The notes beneath the pieces were generated by a model that was not told where the DNA came from, did no database searches, and saw nothing but the letters and a program-made list of their open reading frames with translations. A DNA stretch of 9,480 bases. Origin: Octopus sinensis (lineage: Eukaryota). Made by a program: the position numbers and the translations under genes. The stretch covers positions 1-9,480 of the forward strand of contig NW_021827915.1 in the NCBI RefSeq assembly GCF_006345805.1. The letters are read 5' to 3'. Below are positions 7,171 through 9,480 of this stretch, in pieces. Positions within the stretch are counted from its first letter, which is position 1. Every line of letters begins with the position of its first letter.

Positions 7171-7590
7171 GCACTCCTCACACAAAGACGTATGGGATGG
7201 CTTGGGCATGTTAGCCGTATGAAAGATGGCAGAATCCCCAAGGACATACTCTACGGAGAGCTTGCTAGGGGTACTAGGTCTGTGGGTAGACCGATCTTAC
7301 GTTACAAGGATGTTTGCAAAAGGGACACGAAGGCCTGCAACATCAATATTAGCGGTTGGGAGGCAGTTGCCGGCAACCGTGAAGAATGGCGACGTACCGT
7401 AAAAGAGGGAATACAAAGGAGTGACAGAGAGAGAGAGGAGAAATGGAAAGAAAGGAAGAGGCGAAAACAAGAGACTATGGCACTACAACCAGCCAGGAAC
7501 AGTCTTCGCTATATTTGCGGTACCTGCCAGAGGGAGTGTTTGTCCAGGATAGGACTACACAGCCACAGCAGGAAATGTATCAGGCCATGA
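7171..7590 (+). CDS. C-terminal fragment of the RTE LINE ORF (post-RT region and Cys/His knuckle); no true start codon
   Basis: QRRMGWLGHVSRMKDGRIPKDILYGEL...GRPILRYKDVCKRD...WRRTV...YICGTCQRECLSRIGLHSHSRKC is the typical RTE C-terminus. The N-terminal part of ORF 7048-7590 is microsatellite read-through. Confidence 0.85.
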   Translation, partial: ALLTQRRMGWLGHVSRMKDGRIPKDILYGELARGTRSVGRPILRYKDVCKRDTKACNINISGWEAVAGNREEWRRTVKEGIQRSDREREEKWKERKRRKQETMALQPARNSLRYICGTCQRECLSRIGLHSHSRKCIRP

Positions 7591-7670
7591 AATATAAAAG
7601 CCGGACTAGACTACTTCATTCGCAACTCCATAGTCTCCCGAGACAGAAAGGATGCCAATACAATACCAAT
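7171..7670 (+). mobile_element. 5'-truncated RTE (BovB-like) LINE, relatively young, with 10-bp TSD
   Basis: Open ORF2 C-terminus, RTE-type 3' end CCATAGTCTCCCGAGACAGAAAGGATGCC (7628-7656) and short-repeat tail (AATAC)n. ACACATACAT at both 7161-7170 and 7671-7680. Confidence 0.92.
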
Positions 7671-7681
7671 ACACATACATA

Positions 7682-8495
7682 CACGGTATGGTGAAGAAAT
7701 TGTCGTCTAAACTACGCAAATATGAAAATAACACTAATATTTCATTTTAGCAAGTTATATATACCAAAATTACATAAAACTATCTTGAATTACTAAAGAG
7801 TAAATTTATTCAATAAAATCGCCAGATGACTTCGGAATCTCCTGCAGCTCTTCTGGACGATCTCCTTGTTTAAGTTGGTGAATGCTGCCATAATCCTTGC
7901 CTTCAGTTCATCTTCGTTGTTACAAGGAGTTTTATTGGTCTCTCGCTTAACTGCGCTCCACACATTATAATCAAGAGGTTTGCTGTCTGGTGAGTTAGGT
8001 GGCCAGATGTTAGAGGTGACGTGGTCGCAGAAAATGTCTGACAGACATGACTGGTTTGCCCTGCTTGTGTGGCATGGTGCAGATTTCTGTTGCCAAACAT
8101 AGGGTCTTCCAGCAGCCACCCTCTTGACCCAGGGCAGTACTACCTCCTAGAGGCCGCCGTGTTGAGTCTGAGGCCGTGTGGGAAGATGAATAGAAGCATA
8201 ACGTCGCCATCGTTAGTGATCACTGGATGTTTGTTTTAGGGAACGCCGCAAGCTAACAACGTTTGTTCTGTGTGTTCACCATCTGATCCTGGCAGAAATT
8301 TTTCTTGTCTGAGAAAAACCAACCAAAGCATGTTCGGTTGGAGGGGATGCGTGACTTTGTTCAAAAGCTTCGTAGCGCGGTCTTTCCTCATGTCCTTGAT
8401 GGCTTGGGATAAAACTTGGCCCTTTCTTATCTTGTATGAGCAATACCGAATGTTTTCATGCAGTACCTGCCCGATAAGAAACTCAGACACTCACA
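7682..8495 (-). mobile_element. Decayed Tc1/mariner-superfamily transposon, DD37D (maT) family; 3' TIR present, 5' end missing
   Basis: FFSD (D at 8307-8309), WQQKSAPCH (second D replaced by K at 8084-8086) and WPPNSPDSKPLDY (third D at 7970-7972), with exactly 37 codons between the last two positions. Terminus TA|CACGGTATGGTG at 7680-7693 resembles the TA|CAGGGTG maT TIR. Frameshifts, a stop and internal deletions. Confidence 0.88.
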
Positions 8496-8544
8496 TATAC
8501 CCGGCGATGGACCATACACAGACACACACACACACACACATGTG

Positions 8545-9480
8545 CTAGAGGAGTACCTGGTGTTGCTCGCGTATTAAACACTCAGCAATGGTCTTAATAG
8601 GTTCTACCATTTTTTTTTTTTCGTTGTACGTCTCTTTGAATATTTTTTGCGCTAAGTTGCAAACATTGACATTGAGGAAGAAGTGATTTTCCCCAAGTGG
8701 CATTTATTCGTTAAATAACCAAACGCCGAAGGAAGTGCTCGAAATTCGAGTAATGGTGGTGGAAGGAAACGTTTACAAATCACACAATGTCTTGCTATCA
8801 CAGGCATTTTATCGTATTAGATTGGTGTTGAAAGGATATTGTCTAAATATGGGTGGATTGGTGTAAACGACGTGAACTAAGTATCATTTGTCATTTTCGC
8901 GCGCGAGGTGTAAGTGAGAGTGGAAGGCTGACCTAGACCTCTGCAAAATGTGAAGCTGTTGGAGGGGGAGGAGTGTCCATGTTTTGCAGTTTCATGTAGA
9001 ACCCGGGTGCACAGGGACAAAGAACAAATACTTTCCAGAAATGACACAACATACTTTTGCAACAAAAAGCAAAAAAAAAAAAAAAAAAATCCGGCGTTCC
9101 TTGAAACAACTTTCTTGGGTGTAACTCTGCATAAAATGCGAAAAGGTGATGTTTCACAGTAATTCGTAGATCTGTCGCAAGTTAAATAAAGAATATTAAC
9201 CAAAAATAGTTTTAAACCATTGTTGAGTCATCCGTACTGTTCATGTGAAATTTGGACGGATTCGGTCAAAAATGAGGAATTTTAGGGTACAAAACCGGGT
9301 TTCTACTCAGTTTTTCGCAATTGTTGGTCATACGCGGATGAATTCTGTGCAAACTGGAGTCTCCTAACGTTTTCCTTTGGGTGAGTAAATAGTGTGTAAA
9401 GTTTGAACGCAATCCACCGAAGCAGGGAGAAGTTTTTGAAGACTTAGGGGGAAAAAGCGTCTAAAATTTTTTTCACAGTT
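8545..9480 (+). mobile_element. Possible Helentron-associated non-autonomous element (HINE/DINE-1-like), running off the window
   Basis: The start CTAGAGGAGTACCTGGTGTTGCTCGCG resembles CTAG...CCCGGCGTTGCCCGGG 5' ends as I recall them. Recurring modules ATGTGAAATTTGGACGGATTCGG (9243-9265) and GTGTGTAAAGTTTGAACGCAATCC (9392-9415). The 3' subTIR and stem-loop are not visible. Confidence 0.35.

Noticed and set aside
8738-8750. CTCGAA-A-TTCGAG palindrome, and the ATCAGAT/ATCTGAT stem at 3941-3967
   Set aside because: Stems of 6-7 bp are expected by chance in 9.5 kb and have no supporting context.
8877-9203. ORFs 8877-9203, 8933-9157 and 8950-9162
   Set aside because: Short, overlapping on both strands, crossing a long poly-A/T run, with no recognisable motif.

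Overview
Eukaryotic, repeat-dense, mostly intronic DNA. The tRNA-derived SINE families and dense (TA)n/(CA)n/(CAT)n microsatellites match what I recall of Octopus (coleoid cephalopod) genomes; that taxon call is from memory, not a search. About 0.56-3.95 kb is one decayed RTE-clade LINE (RT domain to C-terminal Cys/His knuckle, + strand), invisible in the ORF track. It is split by nested insertions: four SINEs, a hAT-type MITE and a piggyBac-type MITE. Then come a TSD-flanked SINE with one head and tandem 184-bp units (4107-4842), a likely 126-bp coding exon of an unidentified minus-strand gene (4938-5063) and a long microsatellite zone. The right part holds a young 5'-truncated RTE LINE with open frame and TSD (7171-7670), a decayed DD37D (maT) Tc1/mariner transposon (7682-8495, minus) and a possible Helentron-associated element running off the edge. 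Most listed ORFs are microsatellite or repeat artefacts. I found no convincing new multi-gene system; the interest is in TE nesting and SINE architecture.
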